A DNA stretch of 64,000 nucleotides from contig OZ037765.1 in the NCBI GenBank assembly GCA_964035545.1, positions 24,303,504 to 24,367,503 on the forward strand, written 5' to 3'. This DNA comes from Bugula neritina. Lineage: Eukaryota; Animalia; Bryozoa. The position numbers and the translations under genes were made by a program. The notes under the pieces are model-generated. The model was not told the origin of the DNA. It did no database searches and saw only the letters and a program-made list of their open reading frames with translations. Every line of letters starts with the position of its first letter. The first letter of the stretch is position 1. This document shows positions 33,601-47,200 of this stretch, piece after piece.

Positions 33601-36600
33601 ACTTCTCTACCCTGGAGCGTACTGTGAGTATCATAGTATACTATGGGTATTACTGTGACTATTAGAGTATACTGTGAGTATTAGAGTATACTGTGAGTAT
33701 TAGAGTATACTGTGAGTATTAGAGTATACTGTGAGTATCAGATTATACTGTGAGTATTAGAGTAAACTGTGAGTATTAGAGTATACTGTGAGTATTAGAG
33801 TATACTGTGAGTATCAGATTATACTGTGAGTATTAGAGTATACTGTGTGAGCATTAATTTATACTAACAGTGTTCACACATATCCTGTAGTTTGAACTTG
33901 CCAATATTTGATTTCAGAGTGAAATATATCTTCATCAAGTTCTGAGGCAGCTCCTACGGAGAAAGTGAGTGTATTTGCTTAATTTTTCTTTCTTATGTCC
34001 TACACTTTTCTTGCTTATTAATGCTCCTCCCTCATTCATTGTTCATAAAATTTCATGTTATTATTTTTACATCTTTATGGATTTTTCATGATTGCATGTC
34101 TGTTCCTCATTATATAACTCTTCTTAAGTCACTAGGGCAGAAAGGTCACCTTTAATTTGACATCAAAGTAGTTAGTGTCAGCTATTAGCTGTAATATTGA
34201 CCTCAATTTTTAGTCCTGCATTCCAATTCAAACTGTGCAGTTGTATAATTGAAGCTTTTTAAATGGGTTTAATTGATTGTTGCAGTAATAGCTATCAAAA
34301 AATTATAATATAATACACATAGAGGATTATAGACTAGGGGTGTAATAAATTTTAGTTGAACATGAGACTGCTGCCAGCTGTGTTATTGCTGTGATTAGAT
34401 GGGCGAGATAGAGTCATATTTTACAGTATTTCATCTGCGTGTGCATTCTTGACTAATATTTTTATTAAATTTCAACTCTAAATTGAATTTATAAATAAAT
34501 GTATTTCTATATTGTTATATACATTCTGTAGCAGGATATTTTGCTTATAATGTTGCAGCCTAGGATACAATGCTCTACAGCTAGTCAGGTGTTTCACTGC
34601 TCTACCATATTTCTCTCATATATTGGAACTTCTACTCCATGAAGTACTAGAAGAGGAGGCAACTTCTAAAGAGCCAATACCCGGTACATAGTGTATGCTT
34701 TACAGCATACTATAGTCTGTGTTACAGTTAGTAATACTGTTTTTAGTTATGAGCTAGGTTAGATTGTCTTTTTAGATCTTTGGCTTTAAGTTATGATAGA
34801 GCCAAAGCTGTGGAAAATGTTATAGTGAGATTTGCTTCATTACTGAGTACAGAATTTACAGCTATTATGTTGCTGGTAATTGAAATATATAAAATTAGAA
34901 TCAAAATAATACTGCATGATATTTGAATCCTATACAATATTGTTTAAGTAAAAACAGTCAATAAGTTCATAAATAATCTCCGTGAGTGTAAATTTGATTG
35001 GTGGCTTTATTTTTTATCTCATAGTTAAGGGGACTGGTTTTACTTTACTTGTAATATAAAATCAGTATTATATATACTTTCTAGTAGACTTGAAGATCAG
35101 TTTTAGAGCTAGTTGTATGATAGTCTGCAGAATAAGTTTTAATTAAACTTAACGCTATTGTGTTTTAGATCCATTACTTCCTAGAGTAGTGCTGTTTTCT
35201 AAGGAATTCCCTCAGTACAGAAAGACTGTAGCACATTGCGCCAGGAAAACAGAAATTGCACTCTGGGAACATTTATTCTCAACTGTAGGAAGTCCCAAAG
35301 CTTTATTTGAGGTATGATAATGGTTGCTGATATTCAGGTATATTCACAGCTGCTCTACACTGTACATGCCATTCGAATATATATACTGTACTACAGTATA
35401 CTCAAAGGTATAAGAAAGTATGACTCAATAGCCACTCATGATTGCTTTTTTAACTTACGGTTTTATTCGCTGGTGGCACTATAATAAATTGATAAACTTA
35501 AAACTGCCAAGGATGTTTTATTGAAAAAAAGTAATAGTTTAATAGACAAAATAAACACCCTCGGTATCTGATTTTCTCATGGAGCATTATCATAAGACAC
35601 TTCAAGTTTGTTAGAAGAGTTGTGTTCTCTTTTCCTTTGGCCGTGAATTTTGAAATGTTCACTACTTATGATAAGAATGATCTTGTTTTACTACTTGGTG
35701 TTGTAAAAGATGAGTCAGCAATTCTTCAGACTTATGATATTTTTGTTATTTACACATTTGAGTGGTTTTCTATGAGTTGTATGTTTGTACTTTCAGGAAT
35801 GTTTGGTGAATGGTGATTTGGATACTGCATCTTCTTATCTCATCATTCTTCAGAATCTTGAGAAGTTTTATGTTAGCCGTCAGGTATGCCAGGCTATCTT
35901 AGTCATTGTATTGTACTGTATGTACTGTACTGTATGTACTGTACTGTATGTACTGTATGTACTGTACTGTATGTACTGTACTGTATGTACTGTACTGTAT
36001 GTACTGTATGTACTGTACTGTATGTACTGTATGTACTGTACTGTATGTACTGTACTGTATGTACTGTACTGTATGTACTGTACTGTATGTACTGTACTGT
36101 ATGTACTGTATGTACTGTACTGTATGTACTGTACTGTATGTACTGTACTGTATGTACTGTACTGTATGTACTGTACTGTATGTACTGTACTGTATGTACT
36201 GTACTGTATGTACTGTACTGTATGTACTGTACTGTATGTACTGTACTGTATGTACTGTACTGTATGTACTGTACTGTATGTACTGTATGTACTGTACTGT
36301 ATGTACTGTACTGTATGTACTGTACTGTACTGTATGTACTGTACTGTATGTACTGTACTGTATGTACTGTACTGTATGTACTGTACTGTACTGTATGTAC
36401 TGTACTGTATGTACTGTATGTACTGTACTGTATGTACTGTACTGTATGTACTGTACTGTATGTACTGTACTGTATGTACTGTACTGTATGTACTGTACTG
36501 TATGTACTGTACTGTATGTACTGTACTGTATGTACTGTATGTACTGTATGTACTGTACTGTATGTACTGTACTGTACTGTATGTACTGTACTGTATGTAC

Positions 36601-39600
36601 TGTACTGTATGTACTGTACTGTATGTACTAAACATTACATTGTACTGCATGTACTGAACATTATATTGTACTGCATGTACTGTACTGTATGTACTTAAAT
36701 TCCAACTTTTATTTGGGAATTATCAAACTAATTGAAAAGTCAGCTTTTTTCCGAAAAATAGAAGTTTTACTGGAGAAAAAAGACATTTGTTTACAGATTT
36801 AGAAGGGTTATGGTGGGAATGTTGTTGTAAAGCTCTGTGTGGCATTATAGGCTTTTACACATGCATACTGTATACACCCCTGAACTAGTATTGCGGGTTA
36901 GTTTATACATAATAATGTGTGTTTCAGCATGCTACGCTGCTGCTAGAGTCAGCTCTTGAGCGAAGATCATGGTCACTAGCCAGGGATGTGGTGAGATTCC
37001 TCAAACGTATAGGTAAGTACCTTTGTGACGTGTTGTAGACAGCACAGTGATTGTAAGTATCTCTCAGTGTGTGTGTACCATGTGACAGTGTACATCACAT
37101 CTGTACAAGTATATGTTAGTCTAAGTAGTAACACGCCATTGCATGGAGGCAGTCATTCACCTATTTGTCCGACAACTTTTACTCGTAATGGACTTCTGCT
37201 TGATTTATGTACATATTTTATTGGCAAATTCTCATGAATTTTCAATTTTTGAATTTGGGGTTATCTTCTCTTATTGTCTGATCTCGTCATAGCAGCGTTC
37301 AAGTAGTTGTAAGTGCTGAATAGGAATTTTGTTATGCATGTAGTAATAACTTGTTTTTAGTATAGTTAAGTAAGAAGTCAAGGTTAATAGGTCAATGAGA
37401 GTGAAGTGCAATATTTGCTGCTATAATATGAGTTAATTGTTTTGCTAACTATGAGTGTTTTATAGTATTTAATAGTCTGTCCTTGACTCAAGTTTTTATT
37501 CAAAGGCTCAACCCTATTATTGATTCATTAACACAATAGCTTACCTTGAACTAAGCTTACGTAAAAGTATGATATTTCCCATCAGTTTTGAATTGTAAAT
37601 TTAAGTTGCAAAGTAAGATAGTTGAAGTACTGTGGATTAATTTAACAAATTTCATGCACCGATTGCTAATACACTGAATGAAAAGAAATACATTTAAAAG
37701 TCAATGCCTATCCTATGTTTATTTATAGTAAAAAAAATGTTTACACTTGCCACAAAGTTTTTTTAATAAGAATTAAACAGCTAATTCTGTATGATCATCA
37801 GATAGAGACAATGCCAGCACGGGTAATAAGCATGACTACTTATTTAATGTTGCTTGCATTAGTTTGGCTTTATATCACATCTGGAAAGTGAACAGCGGTC
37901 ATTCACAAACTGCTAAAAGCCTGAATTAAATATTCAGTTTTCTTACCACTGCTCCCAATCCAGATTGGTTTAACCGAGCCAAACTAGTGTTGGAAGGGTG
38001 ATAGGCTAGAATCCTGAGCTCTGTAATACGCATAATCACCAGTCATTTGGCAAAAGTTAAAGTTCTCAATTCATAATTTTATTCAGTAATTCCTATACTA
38101 CAGAGCTCATTGGTTCATTAGTTGAATCTTACAGTCTCTTACTAGGCTTTACAGGCTTTTTGAATGGTTAGTTGCTAATGATGCTTCAGAAATACCCAAT
38201 GCATTTTGTACCAGAAGCTTTGTCATGTTGAATTTATTTGCTAGCTGCTGACTTGACATTATACATATTATAACCAACCTCTGCATATTGGTGTTTAACC
38301 CATTCCAGCTCTAACAGATCACCCGGCACTTGGTACATTACCACACCCAGTCCACGACCCGCAGCTGTGCTCTCCAAATGTATATGTAACTTGTTCTATG
38401 TCTGTGCATGTTTGTCATGTTTGTTAAATTTAGCCTAGTACCATATGTGCAACTTGAATATATACAGGTATTCTAATCATACTTTGCTTAAGTAGTCGTG
38501 TTCTAGAAAAATTTGCTATTTGTGAAGTATATGAATTTTTAGTTCTAGCTTTTGTGAATGATTGGATGAAGATGAGTTTTATTTTAAATTTTTTTTTTGG
38601 TAAAATGAATTGCTAGTCAACCTTTTTCTAAACATTTTAGTGTGAACTTGAAGTTTTTTTGGAAATCAACTAGATTGAAAAGTTATTTTGATTTACAGAC
38701 CCACATGAGGCCGAAACAGAGCCTGTCTCTAGGTCACTACCGTCACGATACGGGCCTCGGTTTGCTGCGCCAGTTGTTAATTTAGAAGAAAATGAAGGTT
38801 TTAATTTGAACAAACAGCCCTTAACACGCAACTCAAGTCTCTCATTCTACGAAACTGAAGCTCCTGCGAAAGAAAAGTCTTCAAAGTCAGAATCAGTTAG
38901 AGGAGTCACTCGAAAGTAAGAATTGGTTAAATTTAAAAAAAGTTTTAGTGCAATTTCAGGGCCTTGTACTGAAACAGTAAGTTTCTTTTTTAGTTTATTT
39001 AAAAAAAAACATTTTTGTGTGTCAGATGCTAAAGACCAGCATGTAACTGCTTGTGAACAGTAGGCTTTCTACACTTGTAATTCCAACACTCCCATATAAT
39101 GTATCAACTAGTTATGATAATTTTGTAAATAGACACAGTGGGTCTCTCAGTTTATCAACTAAATCTGAGGAGCCAGAAAAGCATGATGTGGAAGTACTCC
39201 TTTACCGACATGCCCGCAAGCTCCTAGGTACTTACCGAATCAGGGATTTGGGTATGTTTGCTGCAAACTTGGAGGAGTATGAACTAGTGGGCTTTCTCCG
39301 CAAAGAGAGGTAGTATATGTGGTGATTATTAGGCATGAAGATTTATTTTTATTAAGTTATTCTGTAGATGAAATATTACAGCTGCATTTTAAATTCTTTA
39401 GGTTGCGAAGTTCGAAGCTTGATGATCCTGTTCAGGCAGTGAAACAGCTACACACTGACTTCTCCTGGCCTCTGCCAATACTTACACATTCAGCCTTCTA
39501 TAGATCTCTCAGAAGTAAGATATTTCACTGTATGTTGGTGCAACTGTTTTTGCATCATGTGTTGACATTGCATTACCAAATGTATGATCCTCTCACTTTA

Positions 39601-40805
39601 GAATACAATACTCGTCCGCCTGCTCTGACTATACCATTGAATTCAGCTTCAGCTGCTAATGGCAAAGAACACGTTAGTGATGGAGATTTAGGAGGTTCTC
39701 ATTCCACTAGAGAAATAGTTCTGTCTCCAGTCAGGTTCAACATAGGTGAGAGTTTGGTTAAAGCAATTTCTCATTTATTAATTCATATTGTATCATGTTC
39801 ATATTGTGTACTAGAATTTTATTTAAATTGTAAGAACAGCCTACAGCCGACAGTTTTGAAATTGAGGTTCCTACAAGCATGTAAAATCCCTGCAATCTGT
39901 TCCCGGTGACACAGTTTGCTTACTGGTATGTATATTTTAGCCTCCCCTGCCACTCCAGATCTATCTGAAGATGTCGGTACGGAGGCCTCAGATTTGAATG
40001 GTGAATTACAGAGTCAATCACTCAACTTAGCAGGAGATTTATCTCGCAGCAATAGTGAGTCACAGCTGCATGATATGTCCATGGAACTGGCGAACCGGGG
40101 ACCTCAGCAGTCCGAGTTAGAGTTACGGTAAGGTCTGCCATACATGCTTAGGTGTAAAACGACTTGGTGCTGTAAGGGTTCAAACCATTCTGCTACCATG
40201 TTTTTTATATGAATAATATGTATTTTTGTACTTTAGATTTTAAATGAGTTGTATTGGTGTTTTGCAGATATTTATTCCAAGTAATGGCAGAAGCTGAATG
40301 CTATGACTGGTGTTTGCTCATAGCCCTAGTTCTACGAGACTCATCCCTGTTTAGTAGGAACATAAGTGTAGCTGCCAGTAAATCTGAAAAAGAGCCTCTT
40401 TATATCAACAAGCTGTCAACCACCTTGAATTCAGTACGTTGTACTGCAATTTAATTTCTTTACTTAAACTAAAACACCAAAATTTGGAAACTTTAATTAA
40501 GATTTACAGAGTTTTATTTATAGAACTGTTTGTTTTAGATTAAACGTTGGATATCTGAAGAATGTTTGGGCTACAAGCCTTTCCTAACCTCTCTTGCGCA
40601 GGATGTAGACAATGTTGATCAATTATGCAAGCGATTAATTCCGAAATGTGCATCAAATAGTCCACCAGCTACTAGAGTCAACAGTATTTCTACCGAGTCT
40701 GCACACAGTGACACTGAGGAAAACGCTGCAGGCTCCACACCTAAATTGGACAGTACAACAGACAGCTCCCAAATACCGCCTTCTGACTCTTGTATAATTT
40801 CTTAG
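24676..40805 (+). CDS. RIC1: RAB6A-GEF complex subunit RIC1
   Basis: Start MYFPISVP (24676-24822), then about 29 further phase-compatible exons including 26763-26870, 28373-28505 ([19 protein letters not shown]), 30886-31121 ([20 protein letters not shown]), 31391-31558 (NWPIR), 31799-31999 ([12 protein letters not shown]...[10 protein letters not shown]), 33128-33280 ([14 protein letters not shown]), 33413-33623 (RIMLPF), 34559-34683 ([20 protein letters not shown]), 35169-35311 ([13 protein letters not shown]), 35797-35883 ([13 protein letters not shown]), 39941-40127 ([10 protein letters not shown]) and 40540-40805 (CLGYKPFL...stop). Confidence 0.95.
25001..25273. repeat. Tandem duplication of ~133 bp in RIC1 intron 1
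   Basis: GCAGCTACAACATAAAATTAAAT...CCCTGGGGCCTAGGACATAGGCCCATCATTATTATGATTATCAATAAT occurs twice (25001-25133, 25134-25273) with few differences. Confidence 0.95.
25471..25540 (-). pseudogene. Degenerate tRNA-like sequence (tRNA pseudogene or SINE head)
   Basis: Reverse complement GCCCCTGTGGCGTAAATTGGTTAGCG...CTTGCAA...GGTTCAAATATCGGTGGGGC has A/B boxes and GCCCC/GGGGC acceptor-stem ends, but the anticodon and T stems are broken. Confidence 0.6.
28806..29185. repeat. 17-bp minisatellite (CAAGTATAAAGTATATA)n, ~22 copies
   Basis: Directly visible; ends ~30 nt upstream of the RIC1 acceptor at 29214. Confidence 0.97.
31252..31410 (+). repeat. 37-bp tandem repeat (4 copies plus a partial) spanning a RIC1 intron/exon boundary
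   Basis: Unit AAGCACCTGTTCTGTCTATATATTGTAGAGTAATCAC; AG dinucleotides end at 31279, 31316, 31353 and 31390. Confidence 0.95.
33621..33850 (+). repeat. 19-bp minisatellite (ACTGTGAGTATTAGAGTAT)n, ~11-12 copies, starting at a RIC1 donor site
   Basis: The first unit overlaps the exon end ACT|GTGAGT at 33623/33624. Confidence 0.95.
35910..36695. repeat. TGTAC/TGTA composite satellite (~780 bp) in a RIC1 intron
   Basis: Directly visible; the source of four spurious long ORFs in the track. Confidence 0.98.
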
Positions 40806-41245
40806 TTCAGGGTATGATTTTTATTTCAAGTAGCTACATACATAAGTTATTTGCATGCAGCCATTTTAAATATTCTATTTCCACTACTTTTTTACTTTTA
40901 GTATTCTGATATGCAAAAGATTATCAGAAAATGTTGAGTCTATTCAGTTCTTATATTAAGTCATCTGAAAATGATTCAAACAAATGCAATGCATATCATA
41001 TTGAGTATTATTACAGTGTATTCTTGTAAAGATACAAACTTTATTTATCGTCAAGTGTAAATTATAAATGTTAATTCAGAGATTCTTATGCGAGAACAGT
41101 AATTGTACATAATTGGATTTTAATATATTTCCAGTATGTAGGCGAACCACAGTTTTTATCAATAAACCAAAAACTTATAAATATAAATATTATTGAAATT
41201 GCTGACAAACATAAAACTAGATATCAAGTTGCGTAAATTAAACCT

Positions 41246-44200
41246 TCACTCATCCTCACCATCCTGTGTTGTGTATTGTCTCAAATATTCTGCAACTTCA
41301 TTATGACCAAAACTCACAGCATCATGAAGAGGCTTTCGACCCCACCTGCAGTTAGTCATTTGATTTAAAACGAAGTAAAATCACAATTACAATAACTATC
41401 AAGGAACTTGTACTAGTCATTTTACCTGTCTCTTTTATCTGGGCTGCACTTGCCAGTCTCGATAAGGAAAGACACGGCTTCTAGATGACCCTCACTGGCT
41501 GCCACATGCAGAGCAGTGCGCTGATCGTAGTCTCCTTGACTTAAATCTCCTCCTGACCGATGTTGTCTGTGTAAACATGTCATTATCTATGCAGGTAAAT
41601 AATTTTGGTATTTTTATTAAAATAATACTGAAAAGGAGATATTTATTTATAAGCATTTCTCGTAACAATTCTATGCTATGCTACTAGAAAGTCAAAATAT
41701 GTACAGATGCATGATGAAAAATATGCTGATTACTTATAAATAAAAAATTAATGTACTTGTAATCGGGTGTAAATTTATCCTTTATCCAGAATTAAAATTA
41801 TATTAGTTCATTTTTGTGACAATAAGCCGGTGAATGGTGAATGAAAAGTGAACATTTCTGTGACAATAAAAATATGTGAAAGTTTTACAAAATTGCATAA
41901 AAGGCTAGATAGGAAAAGAGCACCATTGATTACCTCAATAAGTATTTGGTGTCGTTATTGAAAGCAGCATATATTCCACTGGCAATTTGATTGATATTAG
42001 ATTCTAGTATCCGTTTACGTGGGTCTGTTTTGGTTTGATTGTGTCTGAGATTATCATAGTTGTGAAAGTTGAACTTGGCTACAAGGCGCTCGCAGAAATT
42101 CACAGCCCGAACACTATTACCTGTTGAGTATTTGTATCTTGATTATCAAGTATAATTCACTAACTATTTAAAGAAATGTGATGGTAAATATTTTAGGACG
42201 ACACATTTTAGATAGTATAGCTTGTAGCAGTACCTAAATGATCTAGAGGAGGAGACCATAAGCACACGCCCATAACATTTGGTATAATAAGTAAAACACA
42301 TCCTGACACTCCAGATTTAGCTGGAAGTCCAACCTAAAAGAAAAAGATAAAGTTAATTGAGAAAAGACAAAATTTATGATCACTAGTTAAGATGCTTTTC
42401 TGTGGGCTCTGCGTGTAATTAGTGCCTAAAACATTATATTAGATATCAAGTGGCAAACTAGGGATACTATACATTGCAATACATTTTTCTCATAAATGAT
42501 ATAAGGCAGTAAACAGATATGCTTTGCCCCAGTAAGAAGGAGGAAGAGTTATGTTCAAATTCTGAACTTATGAAACAATAGAAAAGTTCATCAAAAGATC
42601 CATGTGAACATATTGCTATTTCATAAAATTAATTCACAAGACTGATGAGCCACAAGTAATAATTGGTATAATAACTGATATGGACTGGGTGGGTGAAACA
42701 GACCTTGATGTCTAATATATTATTCTAAAACATGATGAGAGAGAAGACAAGTCGTACATAAAAACACCACAGGGCAAAAATAAAAAACATTAGCAAAAAA
42801 TCAAAATAATAATACAAGGAGGAGTACTATGAAGCCTATTTAAAATACAACAGCAATAATAATGAACATATCTAAGTATGAGTATAACTACCTTAAAAGC
42901 AAATTGCCCAGAGTAGTCGTACATTCCACAGCTATACATGAGTGAGAGAGTATTCCTGACAGATTCAGCAGAGAGAACTTTGTCGCCGGTGGTTGGGCAT
43001 ATCCCTCCATTGGCTATTGAAGCAGCAATTACTGACGCAGACCTGCATGTCACTTCTACTGAGCAACACTGCAATTAAAAACATAATACATATCCTGCCA
43101 ATAGTTGGTAGCAATAAAACTTAAAAAGTAATAATTTAGGATTTTGTATCAAGATAATCCAATAAATTGAAGATAACAGACAATAAACTACCACAGTATT
43201 TGTCCCTCAAACTAGTGTTAGAATTTTGACATAATTATTCATAATTTACAATCATAATAATAAAGAAACTATGAAAAACAATTTAGTCTTAGTCATGCAA
43301 AGTTAAGTAGCATTATAGAGCTCATTTGTAACAGGCATATACGAGTATGTAGTGGCAACATGCAAATGTTTGCATATCAATGTTAGATACTGCACACTTT
43401 AAGTGAATGATTTAATTCTTACCTGGAAATAAAAATCTAAAGTCTCTTCTAAATTAATTCCTTCTGGAAAACACTGAAACATACAACCATACAAATATTA
43501 GTTCACAATAGTTGACATCAATATTTGAAACTTGCATATTGTTTTGATTCTTAGGAAAAAACCTTTTTACAGAGCTAATCCTTGATCTACTAAAATATAT
43601 AAAATTGCAGGTGCAAATTTTTAAGGTCTGTGCAAAAGAAATTTAGCTTCTACGATTACATTATTTCTAATCACAGAATGAAATCAAGTACTTCCTGAGT
43701 TTGAACCTCAAATCGGTAACTAGAATCTTAAGCTAAGGAAAATGAGCAACTCCCCATTCCAATGGTTTTCTACTTTGCTAAAATTTTCACGTTTCCTTAA
43801 ATTCTCTATTCCTGTGGAAACTCCTAATGAAAAAGGTGTTATAAGAGAGTTAAATAAAGACTGCGCTTCTCACAATGCTTGCAATATGTTTTAAGGACTT
43901 TGCTGTAGCCCAGGAGCAATTATGACTGGGATTTGAGGTGATGACCTAGCATATGTGTGTAATACTAGACCGCGGCTACTCATTTTTACTGGAACATTTT
44001 TACTGCTCAAACCTGAGACATGGTAAACATTATTACATTCATTTACCATTCAATGTTACTATTATATTCATTTGTGTGTAGGCAGGTGTAGTATTACCTT
44101 GTTCTCCTTCATAAACCAGCCAATTGCACGATTTCGATCAGCTGTAGCTCTTTCAGAGAGAAATGTTGGATTATGAAAACCGACTTCTTCTTGTCCAGCA

Positions 44201-47200
44201 AGTCTTTTTGCTTGTACATTGAACTGAAACAGAGTATGCATGGTAACTGATAACTAGTAGTAACTAATAACTGGTAGTAACTAATAACTGGTAGTAACTA
44301 ATAACTGGTAGTAACTAATAACTGGTAGTAACTAGCAATAACTAGTATTGAATAGTAGTAACTAGCAATAACTAGTATTGACTAGTAGTAACTAGCAGTA
44401 ACTCATAACACCAGGATAGAAGACCGGAAGAAGTTCAAAGAAAATAAAAGAGCCAGAAAGTAGGCACATTTAGAACTCACATAATCAAATCTGTCGGAAA
44501 GCAGCAAATCATTCTTTAGCAGAGAAGTAACAGCTAGAGCTCCTGCATTTATCATGGGATTATGCGGCTTATTGTTTCCATCAAGAACTAAGGAGTTGAA
44601 GGCTTGGCCACTGGGTTCCTGGCCAACATACTGGTGAACGAGGTCAGAACCCAGTTCATTCACAGCCATTGCGTATGCTAAGGGCTTAGCACCACTTTGT
44701 AAGCAGAATGGCACATTAAAATCTCCAATTGAATGCCTGAATAAAGATAAAGAATTCTTAATAAAACTCAATAAATTTACAAGTAAAAATGAATAAAAAA
44801 TTCTTGCTACACAGACAGTGGCAAGAAAAGCTTTATATGCAAACAATACTCTTTTATGGCATATAGAAGGCCTTGTGCTATCTCCGTCTGGCATAAAGAT
44901 ATGTACTTCAGAAAAATTACTTTCATGATGCATTAAATATAAAATTAAACAACATTTGATAATAGTATTATTATACATTTAATATTTTATATCACAGAAT
45001 ATATGATTTTTACTGAGTACAAAGCATTACTTTGACCAAAGTTGGCAAGCCCCAAACTGTTGCAATGATACAAAACCTACCTCTGCCCATCAATAGTACA
45101 AATAGAAACAGCCCAATAGTCTGGACTGTACCTAGACAGCTGAGGTATGTAAGTGGCCACCTGCAAGCAAAGATATGAGAAGTCCATAGCCATACAGTAC
45201 AGTGCAATGCATGACTTATTACTTCACAAGTGAATCATAATGGTAATGATATTCATGGGAAATGTTCCTTCTACTTTAGAGGAAGAAAAACACAACACTT
45301 CCTTCAAAAGATAGTCTGTTTGTACTGTTTTATCATCCTATTCATAAATATAATATCCTTTTCACAAAAGTATAGTTAACACAATAATTATTCACTATTA
45401 AAATTAGCCAAAAATTCCCATAATTCTTTATAAAAAGGTAAATATAGCCAACAAATAATACCACATCTATACACTATGTATCATAGCAGGTTTGAGGGAG
45501 CAATAGGAAAATTCAAAAACAACTAGTCACCTTGCCAGAATGTATACTTTTACATTCCCAGTATATATCATCTATCTTAGAGGTAAATCTCTGGAACTCG
45601 GGAATAATAAACTGGTTAGTCAAAGCCCTTCTCAGCAATACAAAGTTAGTACTTGTACACCTACAAATCATATAATGCCATACTATAATACTATAATAAC
45701 ACTATACATAACTTAGCACATGATGATTAATGATGAAATGACTATTCGGTCATCAACTGCAAGAAATGGTCTCGAAAAAATGAGATGAACAAGTTATTGT
45801 AAATACAAAGACTTATAAAAAGTCTACTTGAATGTGTACTAGTAAGCTACTCAGGTCAGCATTAACTAAGAATAAGCAAACTCAACTCACAGTTATTTTA
45901 CAAACTGAATACTTATTTATTTTTTAATCAAATGCAAAAATAAAGAACGTTTTCTTATATTTATAAATTTTAAAAAGTTGCGAGCTTGACAAATCTATTA
46001 TGTAGAGTACAGACTATAAAAAGCTGCATATGTGTGGATTGACGCAAAATAAAAAGTAGATGGTTTAGCCCAGATCCAAACTTGATTTAAACTTTATTTA
46101 GCTTAATTTTTAACCTAGAGATCAACAACTAAACATCACTATTTTGAGCATGCAAACACATAGAAAATAAATATCAAAACTGACTATACAAGGATAATAA
46201 GTCTTAACTAACTAGTAATCGTTAAAATAATTTATGATACATTACCTACTCTATAAACTCTTGTTTAGTCAAAGTGTTGACTCCATTTTTGCGATATGTA
46301 TTTAACATATCCATGGTGACCCTTAACCTCTTGTCTTCTTTTGATATACCATAAGTTGATAAGGTCTAACAAGCACAAAACAGATATATCAATAAATTCA
46401 AATTTACCAAGTGGTCTTTCAATCTACACTGACAAGAGTTTTTCTTGCTATTGTTGATATATTAAACTGACTATCATATTATAAGCCAAATAAATTGTTA
46501 ATGCAACAGCGCTTATGACTGAAGTTGAAAAAAGTTTTTTGAATAAAACTAATTAACATAATACTGCAGTTTAACTTAAAAGAACAACCCATTTATTACT
46601 TTTAATTCTTAAATATGTGAATTATTTTAGTGAAATAGAACTCTAAGCCATGTTTCAGCAACAATATAAATAGTCAAAGTTACGATGTTAACTTAATAGA
46701 GGTTGCTGGCCTTTATACTAATAAGTTGGGGAGTTGCCTTTCCTATTCCATGATAAGCCTGCAACCTCTAGCATTATACAACATTTAGTCTCTGCCCTCC
46801 AAGTTTAACTAGCTTTGCTGGGCTATAGACCTCCAAATTTAGAGCATCTGTGACCAGGCGAGGTGCAGAATTGCAGTTTATTTCAAATAACATAAGCTCT
46901 ACTGGAATTTTTTATCATGAAAAATTGTCTATATTTAAAATGAAGCAATCATGTTCTAGAGTCAAAGGCCAAAATTTATGAACCTAAAAAAGAAAGCAAC
47001 AGCGGTCTACTGGTTAGAGTATGACAGGAAAAGCCTGTGCCACAGCATACATCTCTTAGACCACTTGAAAACCCTTATCATCAGATTATTTGTGCAGACT
47101 ATAGAATATAAATAAGAAACTCACATGAATTAATTCGTTAATGTTAATGAGGTCTTTGTTGTTTGTATATTGGTCAAACACTTCTGATAAGCTATCAAAA

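Noticed and set aside
31252-33850. Repeat arrays as possible CRISPR
   Set aside because: Head-to-tail units without unique spacers, no cas genes, and a eukaryotic intron context.
35785-36698. Four long ORFs (241-290 aa) rich in C/Y/V/T/M
   Set aside because: Translations of the TGTAC/TGTA satellite; only 35797-35883 is a real RIC1 exon.
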